In this document: positions 30,279-39,079 of the stretch, one piece after another | How positions within the stretch are numbered: position 1 is the first letter of the stretch | How the letters are laid out: every line of letters starts with the position of its first letter | Translations under genes and position numbers: made by a program | Notes under the pieces: generated by a model | Database searches by the model: none | Told to the model about the DNA's origin: nothing | Seen by the model: the letters and a program-made list of their open reading frames with translations, nothing else | Origin: a virus | Length of the DNA stretch: 64,000 bases | Virus record (IMG/VR): IMGVR_UViG_3300042350_003822 | Span: 1 to 64,000 of that record | Strand: one strand, 5' to 3'

Positions 30279-31391
30279 TTATGCTTGTGTCGTTACAGCT
30301 ATGACGTCCCAAAAAACATCAGTAGTGTTATAGATGCAACCAACATATGTTATCTTTGTTGCAACCGTGGTGGTTGGCAAAGTAACACCTACTGCTCTAA
30401 ACGCCCCGCTACTCGTGGTCCAAGTAATACCTCTTCCGGTGCCATTATCCTCAAATCTCAATATTAATCTTTGGCCATCTACCGGTGTGCCGCTGGGTGT
30501 TAAGAGTGTGATTGCGCCGGTTAAACCAAAGGCATTGAGAACATCAGTAGTGTCTCCATTTGGTGTTATGTTACCTGAAGTTACACCAGCAGAGACAACT
30601 CTAGGATTTATTCTTTTGTTTGTTAATGTTTGTGTGCCGTTTAAATTAACAAAGGTCCCTTCAGCTCCGAGCACAGAAGTATCCACCCAAAGAACATCTG
30701 TTGCAACTGGAGCAGTGTTGGAGATTTCGACACCGGTTTCGCCTTGAGATCCCGTAAACCCATTAGACCCAGTAAAGCCTGTTGCACCACGTGACCCCGT
30801 GAATCCGATTGGACCTTGAGATCCTGTAAACCCAATCGAACCAGTAAAGCCAGTTGTTCCTTGTGGTCCTTGAGCACCAATAGACCCAGTAAAGCCAATA
30901 GGTCCTTGAGCACCTACTGAACCTGTAAAGCCTGTTGATCCTGTATATCCTGGATTGTTTGACCAGTATGCAACAGATCCGTTTGAGATTAATGCCTGGC
31001 CGGCAGTACCAATTGAACCATTTGCTATGATGCCTCCGGTTAAAGTGATGTTACCATTTGCAAGAGTATTACCCTGAATAAACAGCCGCGCCGAACTTGT
31101 GTTGGCAGAGCCAATAGCAACGTTACCACTAAATTCGGCTAAGCGAATATTACCAACATCGAATACTTCGATTGATGGAATCCCGGAAATATCATTGACC
31201 GAAAATATTGTTCCGGTCAATGAATCCACAATACTGAATAGCTGCCCACTTTGGCCACTGAACGATAGTGTGCCTAGAGTGTCGAGGAAAGTTGCAGTAA
31301 TACTATTCGCAAATGCGCTATTCGATGAGCTAAAGCTAATATTAGGCGCCTGCAGACCATTCTTGGTCAGAAATCTTTTATCATTTGCCAA
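30279..31391 (-). CDS. Collagen-like fibre protein (370 aa), TTG start
   Basis: About 24 Gly-X-Y triplets with GFTGS; TQTLTNK motif; C-terminal beta domain; GGGAGA RBS. Confidence 0.8.
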   Translation of the reverse strand: MANDKRFLTKNGLQAPNISFSSSNSAFANSITATFLDTLGTLSFSGQSGQLFSIVDSLTGTIFSVNDISGIPSIEVFDVGNIRLAEFSGNVAIGSANTSSARLFIQGNTLANGNITLTGGIIANGSIGTAGQALISNGSVAYWSNNPGYTGSTGFTGSVGAQGPIGFTGSIGAQGPQGTTGFTGSIGFTGSQGPIGFTGSRGATGFTGSNGFTGSQGETGVEISNTAPVATDVLWVDTSVLGAEGTFVNLNGTQTLTNKRINPRVVSAGVTSGNITPNGDTTDVLNAFGLTGAITLLTPSGTPVDGQRLILRFEDNGTGRGITWTTSSGAFRAVGVTLPTTTVATKITYVGCIYNTTDVFWDVIAVTTQA

Positions 31392-31420
31392 CGTTCAATC
31401 TCCCAATTGGCGATATGTTT

Positions 31421-31428
31421 TATTTATG
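31421..31428 (-). promoter_or_regulatory. Probable late promoter (CATAAATA)
   Basis: NATAAATA box in intergenic gap upstream of 31391. Confidence 0.6.
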
Positions 31429-31455
31429 TTAACTTTGTGAGTCTGGCATATGTTA

Positions 31456-32145
31456 TTAGATTCCGAACCTTCCTCTTACAGCATTAAAGTTCTGTGAGAC
31501 TTCTGCTGCTGTGAGTGTTCTGTTGTAAATTGATAAAATTGCAAAATCACCATCTAAGTTTTGCGCTGGATCAAATCCAGCTCCAGGCGCATCTGCTTCT
31601 TGTCCAATAATTAAATATCCACCCGATGTAGGTCCAGAACCTGCATTTATAGTTTGTGTTCCAACATATACACCATTCATGTAATATAAACTAACACCTG
31701 TTGTTCTTGTTCTAACCCACGTAAAATTACACCACACATCTTTCATGTCTGGAACAGTGACTTGATATCTGTTACCCAAATCATGTGGGACAATGATGGT
31801 AGAGCTATCAGTATATAACAAATATGTGTTATCGCCAGCGACGCTATATGTAAATGGGGTTTGGCTGGCGCCAGCAAAATTTGACCTAAACCAACAACTA
31901 AACGATATATCATCAGTAGGAATACTATAATTATCATTCATTATGTATTGAGTGGTTTGATTATTTGAAAAAGTAAAATAACCCGCACTGTTAAAAGCAG
32001 GGCCGCCATATATAGTAAGATTTGTGTTATTACCACTTACATCATTCCATGTAGTACCACTACCAGGATACGACTTTACGTTAGCCGCATCCAGACACAG
32101 TACTAGACCATTACGAACGATACTAGGACCATGACCTAAACTCAT
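31456..32145 (-). CDS. LamG / concanavalin A-like lectin domain protein
   Basis: GLVLCLDAAN.KSYPGSGTTW.D.SGN, Y.NG, IYNR.LTA.EV.QNF.A.RGRFG. Confidence 0.85.
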   Translation of the reverse strand: MSLGHGPSIVRNGLVLCLDAANVKSYPGSGTTWNDVSGNNTNLTIYGGPAFNSAGYFTFSNNQTTQYIMNDNYSIPTDDISFSCWFRSNFAGASQTPFTYSVAGDNTYLLYTDSSTIIVPHDLGNRYQVTVPDMKDVWCNFTWVRTRTTGVSLYYMNGVYVGTQTINAGSGPTSGGYLIIGQEADAPGAGFDPAQNLDGDFAILSIYNRTLTAAEVSQNFNAVRGRFGI

Positions 32146-32876
32146 ACACCGTACCTTCCACGAAGGGCATCAAAGTTCTGGGAGACTTCTGCTGCTGTGA
32201 GTGCTCTGTTGTATATTTTTATATTTCCAATTTTTCCATTTAAATATCCCGAGTAACTGGCCTGTCCATGAAGTGCTCCAAAATCAGTTTGACCATCTGT
32301 AAAGCTATTAGATACGTTTCCAGTCCCTATTAATGAGCCGTTGAGATACAAAGTTTCTGCATTGGATGCAGAACGAACTAAAACTATTTGATACCATCTT
32401 TCATTGGACATTAAAGAAGAGACATTAATATTTAAAGAACCAGTAGTTCCTCCGCCGCCTCTACTAACGACAATAGTATTTGGAGTAAATGAAGTATTAT
32501 TTGCCGATAAAACTCCAAATTCTATTTGACCAGCTCCTGTTCCTGTTCCCCCAGCAAATAACCAGGCACATTTGTTAAAACCTCCAAAGTTTCCAGTTAT
32601 GCTTGTAAAATTTACCCAAATTTCATAAGAAAATAATTGAGTTCCAGAAAGAGGAGAAGGTGATGAGATGCTAGAATAATCATTAGTGCCATCAAAAACA
32701 ATTGAACCCATATCTGCACTAGTATAAGTCGGGCCACCTGTAAGTGTGCCATTTTTTCCATTGCCACTTAGATCGGTCCATGTAGTACCACTACCAGGAT
32801 ATGACTTTACATTAGCCGCATCCAGACACAGGATTAAACCACTTCGAACTATACTTGTATTATAGGCAATTGCCAT
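32142..32876 (-). CDS. LamG / concanavalin A-like lectin domain protein (tandem paralogue)
   Basis: Same terminal motifs; FDGTNDY, WYQIV, LYLNG, IYNRAL. Confidence 0.85.
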   Translation of the reverse strand: MAIAYNTSIVRSGLILCLDAANVKSYPGSGTTWTDLSGNGKNGTLTGGPTYTSADMGSIVFDGTNDYSSISSPSPLSGTQLFSYEIWVNFTSITGNFGGFNKCAWLFAGGTGTGAGQIEFGVLSANNTSFTPNTIVVSRGGGGTTGSLNINVSSLMSNERWYQIVLVRSASNAETLYLNGSLIGTGNVSNSFTDGQTDFGALHGQASYSGYLNGKIGNIKIYNRALTAAEVSQNFDALRGRYGV

Positions 32877-32884
32877 TACTCACC

Positions 32885-33448
32885 TCACGCTGTAATTAAT
32901 TCATACGACGCTTTAAATGTCGTAGATGTTGCAGATGCAGGTGTAATTCGTATTCTTGTATTAGCAGCTGAAATATCACAATCAACGGAGAACAATGAAC
33001 TGCCTGTCAACAGAGACGCAAATTCAGTCGCGATTGCCGTGGTTGTATTGCATACGACGAGCATCTTAGTTGTATGAATAACACCAGAGGATACTGCTTG
33101 GATTACAAACTCACCCGTATTATAAGTTGCTGTAGGATATTGAATGAGGGTAGTTTGTGTAGTCGCGGTTGTAGTTGTTGTTGCAGTATCACGGACTGAG
33201 ATACCATCGAGATTAATGTCGCCAGTAACGCTTATTGTACCATTGGCTACAATAGATCCTACACTTAGAGAGACAAGATTCGCACCAACTTCAAATGAGA
33301 CAGTTCCGTTTGATGAGTATACTTTTTGATCGGTAAGATTGACAGCAAGCTCCCCAGCATCAATAAAGGCTGTGTTACCGGAGTTAGTCGTGTTAGGAGT
33401 GCGACCAGATATAGTGGTACGCTTGAGCTGAATCTTATTATTAGCCAT
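32885..33448 (-). CDS. Virion fibre / adaptor protein with IQLKR...GELA N-terminal attachment domain
   Basis: MANNKIQLKRT...P.......GELAVN..D.K.Y; start set at ATG 33448 after GGAGAG. Confidence 0.65.
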   Translation of the reverse strand: MANNKIQLKRTTISGRTPNTTNSGNTAFIDAGELAVNLTDQKVYSSNGTVSFEVGANLVSLSVGSIVANGTISVTGDINLDGISVRDTATTTTTATTQTTLIQYPTATYNTGEFVIQAVSSGVIHTTKMLVVCNTTTAIATEFASLLTGSSLFSVDCDISAANTRIRITPASATSTTFKASYELITA

Positions 33449-33493
33449 ATGGCTCTCCAAGGCAGATATATATCTTATAGGCCAACTATATAG

Positions 33494-33521
33494 TTGACTT
33501 TATTACAATTGTATTTATAAT
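33494..33521 (+). promoter_or_regulatory. Sigma70-type promoter of the glycosyltransferase operon
   Basis: TTGACT-N16-TATAAT, ending 6 nt before ATG 33528. Confidence 0.75.
33512..33519 (-). promoter_or_regulatory. Late promoter TATAAATA for the downstream fibre genes, overlapping the opposite-strand -10 box
   Basis: Exact consensus on the minus strand. Confidence 0.75.
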
Positions 33522-33527
33522 GGGAAC

Positions 33528-35576
33528 ATGATGAAGATTGCTTTTATTGACACACTTGGTTTGACATATGATGGATCCACTCTCTCGAAGAGAGGTCTCG
33601 GTGGTTCAGAGTCAGCCGTCATCCGCATGTCCGAAGAACTAGCCAAGATCGGTTTCGACGTCACAGTCTACAACGACTGTACTTCTGATGATTCCAGGCC
33701 TGGTATCTACAATGATGTAAAATACTCGCCAGTTGAGAATGCCAAAACACATTGTCTGAAATACGATGTAGTTGTGGTTTCTCGTTCGATTAAGCCAATT
33801 GCAGAAGACTGGGGTATCGTGCTCGAAGCAAAGCATGTTTGTCTATGGATGCACGACACGTTTTGCGAAGGCGACGATCAGATTGAGTATCTGATTAACG
33901 TTGGCAAGCTCAACGAGATCTTCACACTCTCTGACTGGCATACTGGCTATGTCACTCATTGTGACCATGGTTTCCGCCGTAACTATGATGTTCTGAAGAA
34001 CCACATCTTCATGACCCGTAATGGTATCAATGCTACTCCCAAAGAGTGGGTCAATATCCGCGATAAGGATCCTAACCTTTTTGTCTTCAATGCTTCTGTT
34101 ACAAAGGGAATGATTCCTCTTGTCAAGCAGATCTGGCCTCAAGTGAAACGTAATATTCCTGAAGCTAAGCTGAAGATAATCGGCGGCTTCTATAAGTTCC
34201 GTGAAGCAGCAGGACCAGATCAGCAGCAGAAAGACTGGGCTGAGCTGCAGCTGCAGTATGGTGGAGACATCGAATTTACTGGTGTAATTACTCAGCAAGA
34301 GATCTCAGATATCCTCCGCAAAGCCTCCTACATGATCTATCCTGTAGGGTTCCCAGAGACGTTTGGCATCTCTACACTTGAGGCACTTGCTCATAATGTA
34401 CCACTGATTACTTGTCAGTTCGGAGCTCTTGAAGAGACTGCAATCGATCTGGCATCATGGAAGATTAAGTATCCTGTCGAACCAAACTGGGCTATGCAAT
34501 GGCTGAACCAGGAACAACAGGTTAACATCTTTGTTAACAAGGTTATAGAAGCATACAATACTCCTTATCTGCATCAACAGAAGATGTATGCTTGTAATCA
34601 GGTCAAGGACATCAGCACATGGGATACGGTTGCTCTTCAGTGGAAACAACATCTGTATAAGAAGCTCAGTGAGTTCTTGCCCATTGATGAATACCGTAAG
34701 GTATCTAAGATCAACGATAGGGTACACAAGGTCTTCGGTCGTCGCTGGACGAATCCAGAAGAGTTAGCTGTTCCTCGTCAGACATGGCAGAATAATATTC
34801 ACGTTATCACACCTGTCTACAACGCAGAGAAGTACATCGAGCGCTGCATTCGGTCAGTAGCTCAGCAAGATTATTTTGACTATCGTATGGTTATTACCGA
34901 TGATGCATCGACTGACAATACTGTTCAAGTAGCGTTAGATACAATCAACTCTCTACCCGAGCGCATTAGATATAAGTTTAAGCTAGTACATAATGACGAA
35001 AACCTCGGAGCTGTGCACAACCAGGTAATGGCAATCATAGACGAAGAGTGTGAATCGGGTATTGTTATGCTACTCGACGGGGACGATTGGTTGGTAAACG
35101 ATCCTAACATCTTCCACATGTACAACAATCTGTACAATGAGGGCGCAGAGTTTACTTATGGGTCATGTTGGTCTCTTGCTGATAACATTCCCTTGGTTGC
35201 ACAAGAGTATCCACCAGAGGTCAAGGCTAACAAGTCATATCGTGACTATAAGTTCAACTGGAACATGCCTTATACACATCTGCGTACGTTCAAACAGTAT
35301 ATGATGAGCAATTATTTGGCCACGCGTGGTAACCATGCTTTTAGAGACGAGAACGGCTGGTTGAAGGCTGGTGGTGATACTGCTATATTCTACGCTATGA
35401 TTGAGGAAGCTAATCCCGACAACGTTGTCTGCGTAACAGATATCGTGTATAACTACAATGATCTCAATCCACTGAACGACTACAAAGTAAACTCAGAAGA
35501 GCAGACCAAGACTGCTAACAGAGTGCTCGCGGCCTCTCCCTTTCCTCCTGGACAATATGACCTGAGACCCCTATGA
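33528..35576 (+). CDS. Bifunctional glycosyltransferase: GT-B (GT4-like) fused to GT-A (GT2-like)
   Basis: GLGGSE, WMHD, ETFGISTLEA (GT4-type E-x7-E); then VITPVYNAEKYIERCIRSV, DDASTD, LDGDD (GT2 DxD). Confidence 0.9.
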   Translation: MMKIAFIDTLGLTYDGSTLSKRGLGGSESAVIRMSEELAKIGFDVTVYNDCTSDDSRPGIYNDVKYSPVENAKTHCLKYDVVVVSRSIKPIAEDWGIVLEAKHVCLWMHDTFCEGDDQIEYLINVGKLNEIFTLSDWHTGYVTHCDHGFRRNYDVLKNHIFMTRNGINATPKEWVNIRDKDPNLFVFNASVTKGMIPLVKQIWPQVKRNIPEAKLKIIGGFYKFREAAGPDQQQKDWAELQLQYGGDIEFTGVITQQEISDILRKASYMIYPVGFPETFGISTLEALAHNVPLITCQFGALEETAIDLASWKIKYPVEPNWAMQWLNQEQQVNIFVNKVIEAYNTPYLHQQKMYACNQVKDISTWDTVALQWKQHLYKKLSEFLPIDEYRKVSKINDRVHKVFGRRWTNPEELAVPRQTWQNNIHVITPVYNAEKYIERCIRSVAQQDYFDYRMVITDDASTDNTVQVALDTINSLPERIRYKFKLVHNDENLGAVHNQVMAIIDEECESGIVMLLDGDDWLVNDPNIFHMYNNLYNEGAEFTYGSCWSLADNIPLVAQEYPPEVKANKSYRDYKFNWNMPYTHLRTFKQYMMSNYLATRGNHAFRDENGWLKAGGDTAIFYAMIEEANPDNVVCVTDIVYNYNDLNPLNDYKVNSEEQTKTANRVLAASPFPPGQYDLRPL

Positions 35577-36862
35577 TAAAAATTCTAATTGCTATTCCAA
35601 CTGCTCGTTATATTGAGCCCGACACTTTCAAGTCAATCTACGACCTTGACATTCCAGAAGGTTATCATGTCGACTTTCAGTACTTCTACGGATACAGAGT
35701 CGATCAAGTTCGTAACCTAATTGCAGACTGGGTCGTACGTGGATTTGATTATCTGTTTGCTGTTGATCACGACGTCACGTTTGCACCCGACACTCTTAGG
35801 AAGATGCTCGATCATAACAAAGATCTCGTAACTGGTGTCTATCGTCAGAGGCTAGAACCACAGGCGATCGAGGTGTACGATTTAAACCAGCATCGGATGA
35901 GCGTCGACCAACTCTATGGAGGTCAATCTGACCTTGTTCAAATAGGAGGATGTGGGTTTGGCTGTGTTCTTGTGAAGAAAAAGGTCATGACTGGTATTGG
36001 TTACCCACAGTTTGAATATCACGTAGCCTTAGATCACGCTAATACTGTCAGCGAAGATACAGATTTCTGTCGTAAGGCGATGCAAAAAGGATTCACATTA
36101 TGGTGTGATCGTACTATCTTATGTGGACATATTGGTTCGACTACGATGCAAGTATCTATCCCGGCAACGAATCCAATTGAACGCAGGTTACGCGAGTTGC
36201 ACGATCAAAGACTATTGCCAAAAGATCATATTGACTATTTGTATGATCTCCGGGATGATGGATTGAGACCAAAAGTGATCTATGATATCGGTGCTTGTGT
36301 GCTCCATTGGACTAACGAAGCGAGGCAAGTCTGGCCCGCAGCCGAATTCATTCCATTTGAAGCTATGAAAGAAGTAGATTTCCTTTATCGCGAAGCAGGG
36401 TTTAAGAACTTCGCTAGCGGTTGCTTATTATCTGATACTATAGAAGAAATTGAGTTCTACGAGAACCTCGAGCATCCGGGTGGTAATTCTATGTACAGGG
36501 AAAACGAAGAACTATCGCCGCTAGCTAGTGTGTTGTTTCCAGACAATAAAAAAGTCAAGCGTAAGACAAATACACTCGACGAAATTGTTAAGCTGAATCA
36601 ACTCCCGCTACCAGATCTTATTAAGATGGATATTCAAGGGGCTGAGTTGAAAGCGCTCAAAGGAGCTGTGGAGACGCTTAAGAGTTGTAACCATCTTATT
36701 CTCGAACTTCAACACAAAGACTACAATTTAGGCGCACCCAAATCACAAGAGGTTATTGAGTATCTCGAATCAATTGGATTTGTCTTGCATGGGGGTAAAA
36801 TGTTTTGTGGAAGCGATAAGGGAGTTGATGGCGACTATCACTTCATACGTCAGAGGACTTAG
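35573..36862 (+). CDS. GT2-like glycosyltransferase fused to FkbM-family SAM methyltransferase
   Basis: ILIAIPT, VDHD (DxD), GCGFGCVLV, SED..FC; then IYDIGA, TLD, LIKMDIQGAEL..LKGA; ATGA-coupled to the upstream GT. Confidence 0.88.
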   Translation: MIKILIAIPTARYIEPDTFKSIYDLDIPEGYHVDFQYFYGYRVDQVRNLIADWVVRGFDYLFAVDHDVTFAPDTLRKMLDHNKDLVTGVYRQRLEPQAIEVYDLNQHRMSVDQLYGGQSDLVQIGGCGFGCVLVKKKVMTGIGYPQFEYHVALDHANTVSEDTDFCRKAMQKGFTLWCDRTILCGHIGSTTMQVSIPATNPIERRLRELHDQRLLPKDHIDYLYDLRDDGLRPKVIYDIGACVLHWTNEARQVWPAAEFIPFEAMKEVDFLYREAGFKNFASGCLLSDTIEEIEFYENLEHPGGNSMYRENEELSPLASVLFPDNKKVKRKTNTLDEIVKLNQLPLPDLIKMDIQGAELKALKGAVETLKSCNHLILELQHKDYNLGAPKSQEVIEYLESIGFVLHGGKMFCGSDKGVDGDYHFIRQRT

Positions 36863-37037
36863 TTCTCTTCTTCAGACGTTCTAAGTCTTGTAGAGCTTTT
36901 TCATGCTCGACTTGTAGGCTGGTGAGACTCTTTTCGAGGACCGCCAGCCTTGTTTCTAGTAGAACATTCTTACTTACAGTATCATGTAGATTCGATGTCA
37001 GTCTACTAATATATTCATTAACAAATTCAGCTTCCAT
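36843..37037 (-). CDS. Small coiled-coil protein (64 aa)
   Basis: Heptad pattern; follows fibre gene; convergent 20-nt overlap with the GT-MTase gene. Confidence 0.65.
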   Translation of the reverse strand: MEAEFVNEYISRLTSNLHDTVSKNVLLETRLAVLEKSLTSLQVEHEKALQDLERLKKRTKSSDV

Positions 37038-37039
37038 TA

Positions 37040-38458
37040 TTAAAATGTTCCCCCATCAAGGGTTTCGTAAATAAGAGCCGTGCCATTTGACTGTAAAACT
37101 TTACCATCAGTACCAAGAGCTAACTTTGCAAAACCATTGGTAGAATTAGCAACTAGAATATCTTGGCTAGTATATGATGCTAGTCCAGTACCACCAGATG
37201 TACCAGCAAGTGGTGTGGAAAGACTTAAAGTGTTTGCTGTCATACTTACAGCAACTGTGGCGTTAGCTGTCAGTGTAACTGCAGTCGAGTTAGACACAAG
37301 ACCACCAGATGTTAGGAACGCCTGTAGAGTGCCCTGTGTGTAACTCGTGTTAGCTGTATCAACTGTTGTTGAAGGTTCGACCGTCAGACCCGAGTACAGC
37401 TTATAGATGCCACTGTCAGATGCATCACGGAACATACCTGTGAACTTGGCGCCTGTTGCACCATACTGACCGTAAAAACCAATATCAATTGAGTCTGTAG
37501 AAACGTTACCGTTTGCAAGCTCGATCATCGAGTCTTTAACGGTGAGGTTAACTGTGTCAATGGTTGTCAGCGTACCAGATACTGTCAGGTTACCTGAAAG
37601 CGAAAGGTCTGTAATAGAAAGCGCACTGTTAACATGAACACCAGTAGCATTGACAGTGAGTGTGGATCCAGCTAGGACACCTACTGTATCTGCTGCAACT
37701 GTAATACCGTTCGCCGTACCAACATGCACACCTGTTGCGTTAGCTACAAGACCGCTACCAGCAGTAACAAACACACCAGTTGAGTTTGAAACAAGGCCAC
37801 CGTTCGTACCTGCAACGACCGCAATAGTCGCTGCACCACCTTCAGACGAAGATGATCCGGAAATACCGTTACCAGCAGCAATTGTGGCTACGTAGTTACC
37901 AGATGTACCAGTTCCAAGAGCAACATCACCAGTCAGCTGAGAAGTAGCAACAACTAGGTTTGCACTATTGACATGAATACCGGTTGCATTAACTGTTAGA
38001 GTTGAGCCAGTGTCGACGCTGAAGGCTACTTGGTTATTTGTAACAGTTGTTGTCACACCATTTGCAGCAGCAAATGTTAGTGTTTCTCCAGTGTTAAACG
38101 TATCGGTGCCAGTTTCACCAGCAATTGTAAATGAGCTCGGTGCTGGAGATGCCCAATAAGCAACTGTTCCATTAGAAACCAGTACTTGTCCTACAGTACC
38201 GGTAGTACCATTAGCTGTAAGCGTTGTTACGATAGCATTCGATGTAATGATTCTGTCGATGCCAGAGGTCGCGTTGGCCACCAGGGCCTGATTTGCTGTT
38301 AGTGTACCTGGGATACGCCCGCCCGCAATAGGAATAACGCTACTACCTGAACCAATAAACAGTACATTTCCGTTACCAGAGAAAGCTAGCTCACCATTAG
38401 CCAATGATGCGGGGGTAGCTGTGGCCAGTGATCTTTTAATCTGAATCAGATTAGCCAT
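37040..38458 (-). CDS. Fibre-like virion protein (472 aa)
   Basis: IQIKRS...P..L..GELA N-terminus, GNLTVSGT.TT...V.D..I.L shaft module, LDGGTF C-terminus. Confidence 0.75.
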   Translation of the reverse strand: MANLIQIKRSLATATPASLANGELAFSGNGNVLFIGSGSSVIPIAGGRIPGTLTANQALVANATSGIDRIITSNAIVTTLTANGTTGTVGQVLVSNGTVAYWASPAPSSFTIAGETGTDTFNTGETLTFAAANGVTTTVTNNQVAFSVDTGSTLTVNATGIHVNSANLVVATSQLTGDVALGTGTSGNYVATIAAGNGISGSSSSEGGAATIAVVAGTNGGLVSNSTGVFVTAGSGLVANATGVHVGTANGITVAADTVGVLAGSTLTVNATGVHVNSALSITDLSLSGNLTVSGTLTTIDTVNLTVKDSMIELANGNVSTDSIDIGFYGQYGATGAKFTGMFRDASDSGIYKLYSGLTVEPSTTVDTANTSYTQGTLQAFLTSGGLVSNSTAVTLTANATVAVSMTANTLSLSTPLAGTSGGTGLASYTSQDILVANSTNGFAKLALGTDGKVLQSNGTALIYETLDGGTF

Positions 38459-38468
38459 TTTTTATCCT

Positions 38469-38735
38469 TTAAAAAGTTCCGCCATCTAAGGCGCCGAGGT
38501 CTTCGATTGCGAGTAGTCTAACTTCGTATTTATCTAAACTCGCATTGTAGACTAGGGTTGCTCCCTCTACAACGTTCACCTCAGCCACATCAGCAATGTC
38601 TTCGATGGATCGGATCTCACTTATTTGATTCTTAAGAGTCACGCCAGGAGCAGATGAGCTCAGTCGGCCATCACTCCTCGCAACTGCTATTATGCTGTTA
38701 CTGATTCTTCCTGTCAGAGAAGCTCTTAGTGCCAT
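38469..38735 (-). CDS. Small virion protein ending LDGGTF
   Basis: I.D+.DV......GATLVYN....KY motif; C-terminus identical to that of the next gene. Confidence 0.65.
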   Translation of the reverse strand: MALRASLTGRISNSIIAVARSDGRLSSSAPGVTLKNQISEIRSIEDIADVAEVNVVEGATLVYNASLDKYEVRLLAIEDLGALDGGTF

Positions 38736-38737
38736 CG

Positions 38738-39067
38738 TTACCTCGTTACTTGAGGAGTTACTGTGACAATGCCTTCGACCAATCTCGATACAGTACCGGC
38801 AGCGTCAGTTAGCTCACAATCGTATACATATCTTCCCGGAGTAACATTACCACTCACAGCAGCGTTCATCGAGAGAGTAACAACGCCCGTGACGTTAGCA
38901 ATAGATACACTGAAGGCATGAGCGTTGGTTGACGTATAGTGCTTACGCATCTGCGCAGCACCGGTGTAACCAGTCAGATCAACTGCATCGCCGGCGTCAT
39001 CTGTGACGTCGATAGATGTAGAGTAGCTAGCTCCCTGATCGATTACAATGTTTGCTTTGATTGCCAT
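38738..39067 (-). CDS. Conserved small Ig-like (BppU-N-like) virion protein
   Basis: NIVIDQGA, DLTGYT..AQMRK, GRYVYD, R.VEG.VTVTP.VTR. Confidence 0.7.
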   Translation of the reverse strand: MAIKANIVIDQGASYSTSIDVTDDAGDAVDLTGYTGAAQMRKHYTSTNAHAFSVSIANVTGVVTLSMNAAVSGNVTPGRYVYDCELTDAAGTVSRLVEGIVTVTPQVTR

Positions 39068-39079
39068 TAGTATTTAACC

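Noticed and set aside
31456-33448. Possible diversity-generating retroelement (Mtd-like N-termini, duplicated lectin genes)
   Set aside because: No reverse transcriptase in the window; repeat mismatches are not adenine-specific; no TR/VR pair seen
33528-36862. GTs as T4-style DNA glucosyltransferases
   Set aside because: Not excluded but disfavoured: GT4/GT2/FkbM architecture is typical of glycan-building enzymes, and the genes sit among fibre genes, not in a nucleotide-modification cluster
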